From contig JAMOSO010000001.1 of NCBI GenBank assembly GCA_027063065.1, positions 9,128 through 73,127 of the forward strand: a stretch of DNA of 64,000 nt, written 5' to 3'. This DNA is from Planctomycetota bacterium. Its GTDB lineage: Bacteria > Planctomycetota > JAMOSO01. Position 1 is the stretch's first letter, and every line of letters begins with the position of its first letter. Below are positions 29,072 to 37,143 of the stretch, piece after piece. The translations under genes were made by a program, and so were the position numbers. Under the pieces are notes generated by a model that worked only from the letters and a program-made list of their open reading frames with translations, had not been told where the DNA came from and ran no database searches.

Positions 29072-29747
29072 TTAAATAATCTAAAATTTGATTCATTATT
29101 ATATTTAATTGCTGATAATCTTTGGCGTTAGCATTTAAGATTTGTGCTTTGCTTTGGATATATGGGTTGTCAATTAATTCATTAGCACAGTGTTGGCATA
29201 TATCACTAGCTGAAGTTGGTGTCGTCTCTAAGTGAAATTGTAAGGCAATAATTGATGATGAAATTTGAAATGCCTGATTTTTGCAGATATGACTACTAGC
29301 TAATAGAGTGGCGTTTGTAGGTAAATCAAATGTTTCGCCATGCCAATGAAATGCTTGAAAATTTTCAGGAAATTGAAAAGCAGTTGTTTTGTGTGGGTGG
29401 GCAGTTACAGGAAACCAACCAATTTCTTTGTATTGACCTTGATATACATTTGCTTTCATCACGTTAGCTATTAATTGAGCTCCTAAACAAACCCCTAAAA
29501 TAATTTTATTTTTTTTAATAGCGTTCAATATAAATTGTTTTTCTTCTTTGAGCCATGGATAATCGGTTTCGTCATAAATACTCATGGGTCCACCCATAAT
29601 TATTAAAAAGTCAACATCGTCTAAATTTGGCAATTTTTGATTGTTATAAAGATGGGTATAGCTAATGCTATGCCCGTCTTTATTTAAATAATTTTCAATA
29701 CTGCCAAGTCCCTCAAAGGCTATATGTTTTAAGCAATGTACACGCAT
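29061..29747 (-). CDS. Class I glutamine amidotransferase-like protein (GuaA-GATase-like)
   Basis: 228 aa. Nucleophile elbow GVCLGAQL and downstream FHWHGETF / LQFHLE His-Glu region. Confidence 0.8.
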   Translation of the reverse strand: MRVHCLKHIAFEGLGSIENYLNKDGHSISYTHLYNNQKLPNLDDVDFLIIMGGPMSIYDETDYPWLKEEKQFILNAIKKNKIILGVCLGAQLIANVMKANVYQGQYKEIGWFPVTAHPHKTTAFQFPENFQAFHWHGETFDLPTNATLLASSHICKNQAFQISSSIIALQFHLETTPTSASDICQHCANELIDNPYIQSKAQILNANAKDYQQLNIIMNQILDYLIKT

Positions 29748-29748
29748 A

Positions 29749-30678
29749 TTATTTATTATTCATATTCCAAAGGATGTTTTGCCCCTGTCCCATCATGGTT
29801 TTGGGCAGTTGACCGTTCCATCTTTGTGCACGGATATAATCTACCAATGTTTTTGATTGTTGTAGTGCTTGGGCTTTTTTGCGCATTGCTTCGGCTTCGG
29901 CAGCGCCTTTTAGTTTGATTGCTTCGGCTTCGGCAATGGCTTCTATTTTGATGGAATAAGCTTTGCCGTCTGCAGTTGCCATGGTTGCTTCGCGTTTGGC
30001 GTTAGCTGTATTTACAGCACGTTGTGCTTCTAGTTTTTGACGTTCTAGGCGATGCATTTCAGCTGCGGCAAGGTTTTTTTCAGTTTGTTTGGTTTCGATA
30101 GATTGAATATATTTTTGTGGCAGTCCTAAATCCTCAAGTTGGGCAGAATCAAGTTTGACGGGATAATCTGCCATTGCCTGTTGTAGCTCTTCCTCTATTT
30201 GTGTAATTACTTTGTTTCTGTTTTGTATGATTTCTTCTGCTTTATAATGAGCCAAAGCATCTTTGGCAGCAGAGCGTAATTTAGGGTCTAAAATTCTAGT
30301 TTCAAATTGATCTAATCCTCCATAGCTTTTAAATAATTCAAATGCTAAATCTCGTTGAACAGTCCAGTTAATAGACACTTTGGCTGTGATAGGCATTTGT
30401 TCGTGAGTGGATGCGCTTAGTTTTTCTAAATTTTTACGTGTTCTAATTTCTAAAATCACTACAGAGTCAACTAAAGGGATTTTCATATGTAGCCCGGGGT
30501 TTACTTGTTTGGTTGCTTCTCCAAATCTTTTGACAATACCCACATGCCCTTCTTGCACAGTGAATAAACTTTGGAAGATTAAAATTGCCAGTATGATAAT
30601 TATTAAAAAGCTAATAGACGCGCCTTTGCCTTTATGGGCTATCACTTGAAAATCAGGCATATTATTTTGAACAGTCAT
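29749..30678 (-). CDS. SPFH/Band-7 (prohibitin-like) membrane protein
   Basis: ORF 29749-30759. Preferred start is ATG 30678 (MTVQNNMPDF), preceded by a ggagaaac SD. One N-terminal TM helix, SPFH domain (EGHVGIVKRFGE...), and an Ala/Glu-rich coiled-coil tail. Confidence 0.85.
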   Translation of the reverse strand: MTVQNNMPDFQVIAHKGKGASISFLIIIILAILIFQSLFTVQEGHVGIVKRFGEATKQVNPGLHMKIPLVDSVVILEIRTRKNLEKLSASTHEQMPITAKVSINWTVQRDLAFELFKSYGGLDQFETRILDPKLRSAAKDALAHYKAEEIIQNRNKVITQIEEELQQAMADYPVKLDSAQLEDLGLPQKYIQSIETKQTEKNLAAAEMHRLERQKLEAQRAVNTANAKREATMATADGKAYSIKIEAIAEAEAIKLKGAAEAEAMRKKAQALQQSKTLVDYIRAQRWNGQLPKTMMGQGQNILWNMNNK

Positions 30679-30915
30679 TTGTTTCTCCTTAAAAAAATTT
30701 TGTCTTAGATTACAGCTTTGCAAGCTTAATGCAAGGTGCATTCGGTACGGGTAAAGCAAGCCCTGTTTGATATGACGTAAGTTTGCTCTTGAGGTTAGTT
30801 GGGTATTTTAATCGATACAAATAGTAGTTGGATGTAAACTTGAAACTTTAAAAAACAGTATAAGATAGAGTATGGCTGTTGTTTAAAGTTATTTGGTTTT
30901 GCAATTAAGGTTATA

Positions 30916-30931
30916 GTCCAACGCGTTGGAC
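30916..30931. repeat. 16-bp perfect palindrome GTCCAACGCGTTGGAC, copy 1
   Basis: Read directly from the sequence. An identical copy lies at 30954-30969. I spotted no further copy by eye in the window. Confidence 0.9.
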
Positions 30932-30936
30932 AGTGG

Positions 30937-30950
30937 GTTTCACGTGAAAC
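30937..30950. promoter_or_regulatory. parS: parS centromere-like site (core GTTTCACGTGAAAC)
   Basis: 14-bp perfect palindrome identical to the core of the conserved chromosomal parS consensus TGTTNCACGTGAAACA. It sits 62 nt upstream of the parA ATG. Confidence 0.8.
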
Positions 30951-30953
30951 TTT

Positions 30954-30969
30954 GTCCAACGCGTTGGAC
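30954..30969. repeat. 16-bp perfect palindrome GTCCAACGCGTTGGAC, copy 2
   Basis: Identical to 30916-30931. It ends 6 nt before the putative parA -35 element. Confidence 0.9.
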
Positions 30970-30975
30970 TAAAGT

Positions 30976-31004
30976 TTGCATGTTGCCGAGCTTGAGCTTA
31001 TAAT
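30976..31004 (+). promoter_or_regulatory. Sigma70-type promoter candidate for parA-parB
   Basis: TTGCAT (30976-30981), 17-nt spacer, TATAAT (30999-31004). The parA ATG at 31012 lies 7 nt after the -10 element, with no SD. Confidence 0.55.
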
Positions 31005-31011
31005 CTTAAAT

Positions 31012-31830
31012 ATGTATTCTAAAAAAATAACGTTTATTAATCAAAAAGGTGGTGTAGGTAAAACTACATTATGTGTTAATGTTGCCGCTGATTTAGCTAT
31101 GCGTAATTATAAGGTTTTATTGGTTGATACTGATCCGCAAGCTAATGCTACTACTGTTGTGCATGAAGCTCCAGAAGGGGCGCCAACTATTGCAGATGTG
31201 ATGTTGGGTGATGTGAGTGCTGCCGATGCGGTGGTAACTGCACGCAAAAACTTAGATTTATTACCTTCTGGTGAAAATATGTGGAATTATTCATTTCAGG
31301 TAGTGCAACAAAATTTAGGTGATTTGCTAGGCCGTTTTCGTGAGGTTATTGATTCGGTTGATAAAGATTATGATTTTATTATTTTTGATACAAATCCATA
31401 TCCTGCTACTTTATGTATATTGGCTTTGGCTTTTTCTCAGCATAGTATTACGCCAATGTTTCCAGAGCCTTTTGCATGGGATGGGTATTCGACTTTATCG
31501 GGTTTAATTAATGATATTCGCAAGGATTTTAATCCAGACATACAACCTTTGGGTATCGTGGTAAATAACTTTAATGGATCAAAAAATATACATAAGGAAG
31601 TTTGCATGGCATTGTTTGAATCTGTTCCAGATGAAGTTTTTAAATCGGTCATTAGAACAAATAGTAACTTATGTAAGATGGGAAATGAATTAAAAACTAT
31701 TTTCGAAATAGAGTCTCCCAGCGGTAAAGGAAATAAGGATTTTTCGGCTTTGACGGATGAAATGTTAGATAAACTGTGTATGCCGATACGTAAAATGGAT
31801 GATGATATAATTAAAGCCCTGCAAAATTAG
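31012..31830 (+). CDS. parA: Chromosome partitioning ATPase ParA/Soj
   Basis: The ORF track starts at TTG 30976, inside the promoter. The ATG at 31012 gives [19 protein letters not shown] (deviant Walker A) and [13 protein letters not shown]. Confidence 0.9.
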   Translation: MYSKKITFINQKGGVGKTTLCVNVAADLAMRNYKVLLVDTDPQANATTVVHEAPEGAPTIADVMLGDVSAADAVVTARKNLDLLPSGENMWNYSFQVVQQNLGDLLGRFREVIDSVDKDYDFIIFDTNPYPATLCILALAFSQHSITPMFPEPFAWDGYSTLSGLINDIRKDFNPDIQPLGIVVNNFNGSKNIHKEVCMALFESVPDEVFKSVIRTNSNLCKMGNELKTIFEIESPSGKGNKDFSALTDEMLDKLCMPIRKMDDDIIKALQN

Positions 31831-31838
31831 GAGGTTTA

Positions 31839-32717
31839 GTGGCTGATTTTTCTGAAATAACCAAACAATTTAAAGAGAGTCAATCAGGCAAAAACAAACC
31901 AGCTCAGGGGCGTATTGCCGCTAAAGTGGCAAAGTTTAAACAGGATAAAATTGCTTCTGAATTTAAATTGGTTGAACTTAGTTCTATTGCACCCGATCCT
32001 AATCAGCCTAGGCGTATTAAGGATACCAAGAGTCGTGATTTAAAGTCCTTAGCTAAAACAATTAAAGAAAAAGGTGTTTTAGAACCTTTGCTTGTGCGTG
32101 AAACAGCAACAGGGTTTTTGTTAGTAGCTGGTGAAAGGCGTTATTGGGCTAGCCATATAGCTAAATTACGTGCTGTGCCTGTTAGGGTTGTGCATCTTAA
32201 TAGCCAAGAAATAGCCGAGGTACAATTAATTGAAAATATTCAGCGTAAGGATTTAAATCCATTAGAGCGTGCGAGAGGGTTAAAAAATATTGCCGATTCT
32301 GGAGGTAGCACAAAAGATATTTATAAACGAGTAGCAATTTCTCGCTCTTTATATTATGCGTTACTTTCTTTATTAAATTTACCAGAAGAAATACAGGATA
32401 AAATAGATCAAAGCTATGCTAACGAAAATGAGGGTATACCCCTTAGAGAATTAATTGAATTGGCAAAGATTAAAGACATTAATAAATTAAAATCAGCTTT
32501 TGAAGATTTAGATAGTGGCACTAGTTTAATAGAAGAACGACAAAAAAATAATCCTAAAGCATCAACTATTGCTAAAAATAAAGTTAAAGATTTTCAAAGA
32601 GTCTCTAATAAACAAGGGGTTGAAATATTATTGCGTATTCCAGCAGAGATGAAACCAAATGAGCTAGATTTAGAAGATATTGATGCGTTGTGGCAAGAGG
32701 TGTTAAATAAATTATGA
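31839..32717 (+). CDS. parB: Chromosome partitioning protein ParB/Spo0J
   Basis: 292 aa with a GTG start after an aggagg SD. ParB-box LEPLLVRE...FLLVAGERRYWAS and an HTH region. The N-terminus is Lys-rich. Confidence 0.9.
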   Translation: MADFSEITKQFKESQSGKNKPAQGRIAAKVAKFKQDKIASEFKLVELSSIAPDPNQPRRIKDTKSRDLKSLAKTIKEKGVLEPLLVRETATGFLLVAGERRYWASHIAKLRAVPVRVVHLNSQEIAEVQLIENIQRKDLNPLERARGLKNIADSGGSTKDIYKRVAISRSLYYALLSLLNLPEEIQDKIDQSYANENEGIPLRELIELAKIKDINKLKSAFEDLDSGTSLIEERQKNNPKASTIAKNKVKDFQRVSNKQGVEILLRIPAEMKPNELDLEDIDALWQEVLNKL

Positions 32718-34501
32718 TTATAAAATGGTGTAAAAATATTAAATCTTTAATTGTTTTGTTGCTAATAAGTAACGTGGCACTGGCACAAGATTTTCCTAGT
32801 AAAAACTGGCATGAATCAGTTGATGAACTTGCGTCAACAAATGCAATAAAGGGGGGGGCTTTATCGATATTTGCAGGTCAAAGTCCAAAAAGTTTTAATT
32901 ATTATTTAGATACTAATTCATTGACGGCACAAATTTTTGGTTTTATGTTTGAAACTCTCTTAGGTGCTAACTCTGTTACTATGCACGATGAACCAAATAT
33001 TGCATCTAAATGGCAAATAAGCCCTGATAAGCTTACTTTTAAGTTTTGGATTGACCCCGCCGCAAAGTGGAGTGATGGACAACCCATTACTGCTAGTGAT
33101 GTATTATTTACTTATGATACTATCTTAAATCCAAAAAATATGACAGGCCCACATAAGGTTGGCTTGGAAAGGTTTAAAAGGCCAGTAATTATCAATGATA
33201 GTCAGATTGTCTTTACAGCAAAAACTATTCATTGGTCAAACTTATCAGTATTAGGTGGTTTACAAATTTTGCCCAAGCATATATTGGCAAATAAGGATTT
33301 TAATAAAATTAATTTTGAGTTTCCCGTAGTGTCTGGCCCTTATAAATTGGGCACACATAATGAAACCATTAGTTTAACGATGGAACGTAATCAACAGTGG
33401 TGGGCTCAAAACAAAATGAGTAATCGTTATAAATATAATTTTGATAAATTGATATTTAAATTTTATGCTGATCGCAATAATGCTTTTGAAGCTTTTAAGA
33501 AGGGTGATATCGACTTATTTGCTGTATATACAGCAAAGCGTTGGGTTAAAGATGCTGTCGGCAAGAGTTTTGATAAAAATTGGATTATAAAACAACGCAT
33601 ATATAATTTTAAACCAGTTGGGTTTCAGGGCTTTGCAATGAATATGCGTAGAGAACCGTTTAATAATTTAAAGCTTAGAAAGGCTTTGTCTTTGTTGTTA
33701 AATCGTGAAAAGATGAATACACAATTGATGTATTCGCAATATTTTATGTTAAATTCTTATTATCCTGATATTTATGATTTGAAACATAAAAATTCCAACA
33801 AAAAAATCGTCTTTAATAAAAGTTTGGCGAGAAAATTATTAAAAGAAGCTGGTTGGGTGGTTAATCCAGCGACTGGATTACAAGAAAAGGACAAAAAGCC
33901 TTTAGTGATTAAGTTTTTAACTAGAGACGCCAGTGCCAATCGTTTTTTAGCGATTTATCGGGAGGACTTAGCCGATGTTGGTATCCAATTAAAAATTATT
34001 CAAAAGGATTGGGCTTCATGGGCTAAAGATATGGATTCATATAATTTTGATATGACTTGGGCTGCTTGGGGGGCGGGTATTCGTAAAAATCCCGAGGCAA
34101 TGTGGCATTCTAAAGAAATTAATCGTCCGTCTGGCATTAATATTACTGGGTTTAAAAATACGCAAGTAGATACGTTAATTAATAAACAAATGGGTATTTT
34201 TGATATGGATAAGCGTCATGAAATTTGTCGTCAAATAGATAAAATAGTATATTCGCAATATCCTTATGCGTTACTTTGGATGAATAGTTATACGCGGTTA
34301 TTGTATTGGAACAAATTTGGCACTCCTAAAACTGTTTTAAGTAAATATGGCGGTGAATCATCAGCGTATGTTTATTGGTGGTTTGATGAAGATAATTTAT
34401 TAGATTTAAAAGATGCTCAAGCAGATGATGAGGCTTTACCAGATATGCCTTTGGATGTGGTGTTTCCAATGTGCGCTAAAGATACGCTTAGCAATCGTTA
34501 G
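32714..34501 (+). CDS. ABC transporter substrate-binding protein, family 5 (peptide/opine/nickel; YejA/OppA-like)
   Basis: 595 aa. Signal peptide IKSLIVLLLISNVALAQ and family-5 SBP architecture. The start overlaps the parB stop (ATGA). Confidence 0.85.
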   Translation: MIIKWCKNIKSLIVLLLISNVALAQDFPSKNWHESVDELASTNAIKGGALSIFAGQSPKSFNYYLDTNSLTAQIFGFMFETLLGANSVTMHDEPNIASKWQISPDKLTFKFWIDPAAKWSDGQPITASDVLFTYDTILNPKNMTGPHKVGLERFKRPVIINDSQIVFTAKTIHWSNLSVLGGLQILPKHILANKDFNKINFEFPVVSGPYKLGTHNETISLTMERNQQWWAQNKMSNRYKYNFDKLIFKFYADRNNAFEAFKKGDIDLFAVYTAKRWVKDAVGKSFDKNWIIKQRIYNFKPVGFQGFAMNMRREPFNNLKLRKALSLLLNREKMNTQLMYSQYFMLNSYYPDIYDLKHKNSNKKIVFNKSLARKLLKEAGWVVNPATGLQEKDKKPLVIKFLTRDASANRFLAIYREDLADVGIQLKIIQKDWASWAKDMDSYNFDMTWAAWGAGIRKNPEAMWHSKEINRPSGINITGFKNTQVDTLINKQMGIFDMDKRHEICRQIDKIVYSQYPYALLWMNSYTRLLYWNKFGTPKTVLSKYGGESSAYVYWWFDEDNLLDLKDAQADDEALPDMPLDVVFPMCAKDTLSNR

Positions 34502-34528
34502 CCAGTAAGAATATTAATTGTTTAATTA

Positions 34529-35557
34529 ATGAATAGATTAGATTATTTATTGCGTAGAATATTTTTAATTATTCCTACATTTTTAGGTATAACTTTTTTA
34601 TGTTTTAGTATTTGCAGATTTGTACCAGGTGGGCCTGTTGAGCAGGCTTTGGCAAATATGCGAGGTGGCAATAATCCAAATAATGTTACAATGCAAACTC
34701 AAATATCACAAGCGCAAATACAGCAGTTGCGCAAGCATTATGGGTTTGATAAGCCATTATTAATTGCATATAAAGATTGGTTATCTGATGGGATTGGTAT
34801 GAATACGCCAAGTTTTAAATTTCCAAATAAAACGGCTTGGCAGTTAATATCTAGTCGTTTTAATATCTCATTAATTTTTGGCATAACTGGATTTATTTTA
34901 ACATATTTAATTTGTATTCCATTGGGCATTATAAAAGCTTTAAAAAATGGCGGACGCTTTGATATGTTTTCTAGTTTAATTATATTTGTGGGTTATTCTA
35001 TACCTAGTTTTGCATTTGGTATGTTGTTAAAAATGTTGTTTTGTGGAACTTCAGATAAGTTTTTTGATTTTTTTCCTGTGGCTGGGTTTACTTCAAGTAA
35101 CTTTGAACAATTAAGTTGGTATGGTCAATTAGTAGATATTTCTATGCATATGGCGTTGCCAGTATTGTGTTATGTGATTGGCAATTTTGCAGTATTAACC
35201 ATTTTAATGAAAAATTCTTTATTGGAAGAAATCAGTAAAGAATATATCCGTACGGTTTTAGCAAAAGGGGCTACATTAAACCGTGCGATTTGGTTTCACG
35301 CCTTGCGTAATGCTTTAATACCTTTAGCTACAGGTTTAGGATCTATTTTGACGTTGATGTTTTCGGGGGCAGTTTTAATTGAACAAGTATTTGAAATACC
35401 CGGAATGGGGCGCTTGTCTTTAGATGCTATAGTTAGCCGTGATTACCCTGTTTTTATGGGTATTTTAGCTTTAACTTCTATTTTAGGATTGCTTGGCCGA
35501 GTTCTTTCAGATGTGTTATATATGATTATTGACCCGCGAATAGATTTAGGTAAATAA
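34529..35557 (+). CDS. ABC transporter permease (YejB/OppB-like)
   Basis: 342 aa, 6 TM, with an EAA-type loop (EYIRTVLAKGATLNRAIWFHALRNALIP). Confidence 0.85.
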   Translation: MNRLDYLLRRIFLIIPTFLGITFLCFSICRFVPGGPVEQALANMRGGNNPNNVTMQTQISQAQIQQLRKHYGFDKPLLIAYKDWLSDGIGMNTPSFKFPNKTAWQLISSRFNISLIFGITGFILTYLICIPLGIIKALKNGGRFDMFSSLIIFVGYSIPSFAFGMLLKMLFCGTSDKFFDFFPVAGFTSSNFEQLSWYGQLVDISMHMALPVLCYVIGNFAVLTILMKNSLLEEISKEYIRTVLAKGATLNRAIWFHALRNALIPLATGLGSILTLMFSGAVLIEQVFEIPGMGRLSLDAIVSRDYPVFMGILALTSILGLLGRVLSDVLYMIIDPRIDLGK

Positions 35558-37143
35558 TGATATCTGAATATGCTATCTTATGGCAAAGATTTAAAAAAAT
35601 TAAACGCGCATATTGGTCGTTATTATTTTTGTCAATTGCGTATTTATTGTCATTGGGTGCCGAAATATTTTGTAGCAATATCCCCTTAACAATGCGATTT
35701 GATAATCAGCGTATTTACCCTGTGTTATCACATTATTTTGAATCGTTTTATTATACAGAAGATTATTTTTTACATAATAATCGTCAGACGCGACCTAATT
35801 ATAAATATATTATTAATTCTCAAGAGTTTAGATCTAATCCTAATAATAGTGTATTAATGCCGTTAATACCTTATGACCCATTAGAAAGTATGAGTGTAGA
35901 TGCATTAAAAGATATGCAAAATGTAGAAGTACGTTTAGTGCCAACATCGACTAATGCCTCTGTTGATATTAATGGTGCTGGCATTGTTAAACGCTCTAAA
36001 GGTTTGCAGTCTATTTTAAGTATCGATGATAGTTTTGTGGTTGGAAAAAAAATTACTGATTTTTTTGATTTCAATGCAGATTTAAAAAATGCAATTGATA
36101 ATCGTTTTAAAAATAAAAATAGTAATTTATTTTCTTCTGTAATTCACAAACAAGGTATAACAATTGTAATTACCTTACGCAAGTATAGAGCACATTTAAA
36201 TGCTCCATCTAAATTGCGCTTAAAATTGAAACTAAAACAAGTTAATGCTAAAGAAGTTAAAATGCTGTTTAATGCTAATAAAGAATTAATTAATGCAAAA
36301 GGCAAATGGCAACAAATAGAAGCTAAATTTAAAAAGCAGATATTACATGCGGTTGAAATGAGTAAAACCAATAATATTAATCCGTTTATAGTTAATATTA
36401 ATCATACACGTTTTAGAGTGTATGTAAGACAATTAGGCATTGTTTTTCCTATGGCGCCTAATAAATATCATTGGTTGGGTTTGGATGATACTGGTCGAGA
36501 TGTTTTTGCCAGAGTGTTGTATGGGTTTAGAACTTCTATGACTTTTGCAATTATTTTAGTTATATTTTCTATGGGTCTGGGGGTTGTAATTGGTGCGATT
36601 CAAGGCTATTTTGGTGGAATAATTGATATAGTAGCCCAGCGTTTAACTGAAATTTGGGAGTCATTGCCTTTTTTGTATGTGATGATTTTTATGGGTGCAG
36701 TATATGGGCAAAGTTTTATTTTGTTACTATTTTGTTATGCTATTTTTAATTGGATAGGCATTTCATATTATATGCGAGCAGAATTTTTGCGTTTACGTAG
36801 TCTACCATTTGTGGAATCTGCAAAAACTTTAGGTTTGCCAACTTGGCGCATAATATTTTTACATATTTTACCAAATGCTCTGGTGCCTATTGTTACTTTT
36901 TTTCCGTTTTCATTGGTTTCAGCTATTGGTTCATTGACAGCGTTGGACTATTTAGGTTTTGGTCTACCTGTGCCAACGCCAAGTTGGGGTGAACTATTTA
37001 AACAGGCACAAAATGATCCAAGTGCATGGTGGTTAATTTTGTATCCATTTTTAGCGTTATTTGTTGTTATTCTCTTGGGTGTTTTTATTGGCGAAGGCGC
37101 TAGAGCTGCTTTTGATCCTAAGCGTGAAAGTAAAGTACAATGA
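35557..37143 (+). CDS. ABC transporter permease (YejE/OppC-like) with enlarged first periplasmic loop
   Basis: 528 aa. WLGLDDTGRDVFARVLYG motif at about aa 307, and an EAA loop (ESAKTLGLPTWRIIFLHILPNAL). Confidence 0.85.
   Translation: MISEYAILWQRFKKIKRAYWSLLFLSIAYLLSLGAEIFCSNIPLTMRFDNQRIYPVLSHYFESFYYTEDYFLHNNRQTRPNYKYIINSQEFRSNPNNSVLMPLIPYDPLESMSVDALKDMQNVEVRLVPTSTNASVDINGAGIVKRSKGLQSILSIDDSFVVGKKITDFFDFNADLKNAIDNRFKNKNSNLFSSVIHKQGITIVITLRKYRAHLNAPSKLRLKLKLKQVNAKEVKMLFNANKELINAKGKWQQIEAKFKKQILHAVEMSKTNNINPFIVNINHTRFRVYVRQLGIVFPMAPNKYHWLGLDDTGRDVFARVLYGFRTSMTFAIILVIFSMGLGVVIGAIQGYFGGIIDIVAQRLTEIWESLPFLYVMIFMGAVYGQSFILLLFCYAIFNWIGISYYMRAEFLRLRSLPFVESAKTLGLPTWRIIFLHILPNALVPIVTFFPFSLVSAIGSLTALDYLGFGLPVPTPSWGELFKQAQNDPSAWWLILYPFLALFVVILLGVFIGEGARAAFDPKRESKVQ

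Noticed and set aside
30690-30800. Relatively GC-rich patch upstream of the SPFH gene, considered as a tRNA or small RNA
   Set aside because: It has no T-loop (GTTCRANYC) or cloverleaf arms on either strand, only a 5-bp ttgca/tgcaa hairpin. It is most simply the 5' UTR and promoter region of the SPFH gene.
30976-31011. N-terminal extensions in the ORF track, starting at TTG or GTG or at upstream ATGs (parA 30976, comM 24168, SPFH 30759, aminotransferase 12154, alr 12209, MORN 2729, rhomboid 1977, fliQ 56144, LysM 57168, RNase E/G 63998)
   Set aside because: In each case a downstream ATG better matches the family N-terminus, an SD, a signal peptide or an ATGA overlap with the neighbouring gene. 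The extension would run into a promoter or the neighbouring gene. The RNase E/G start is simply the window edge.
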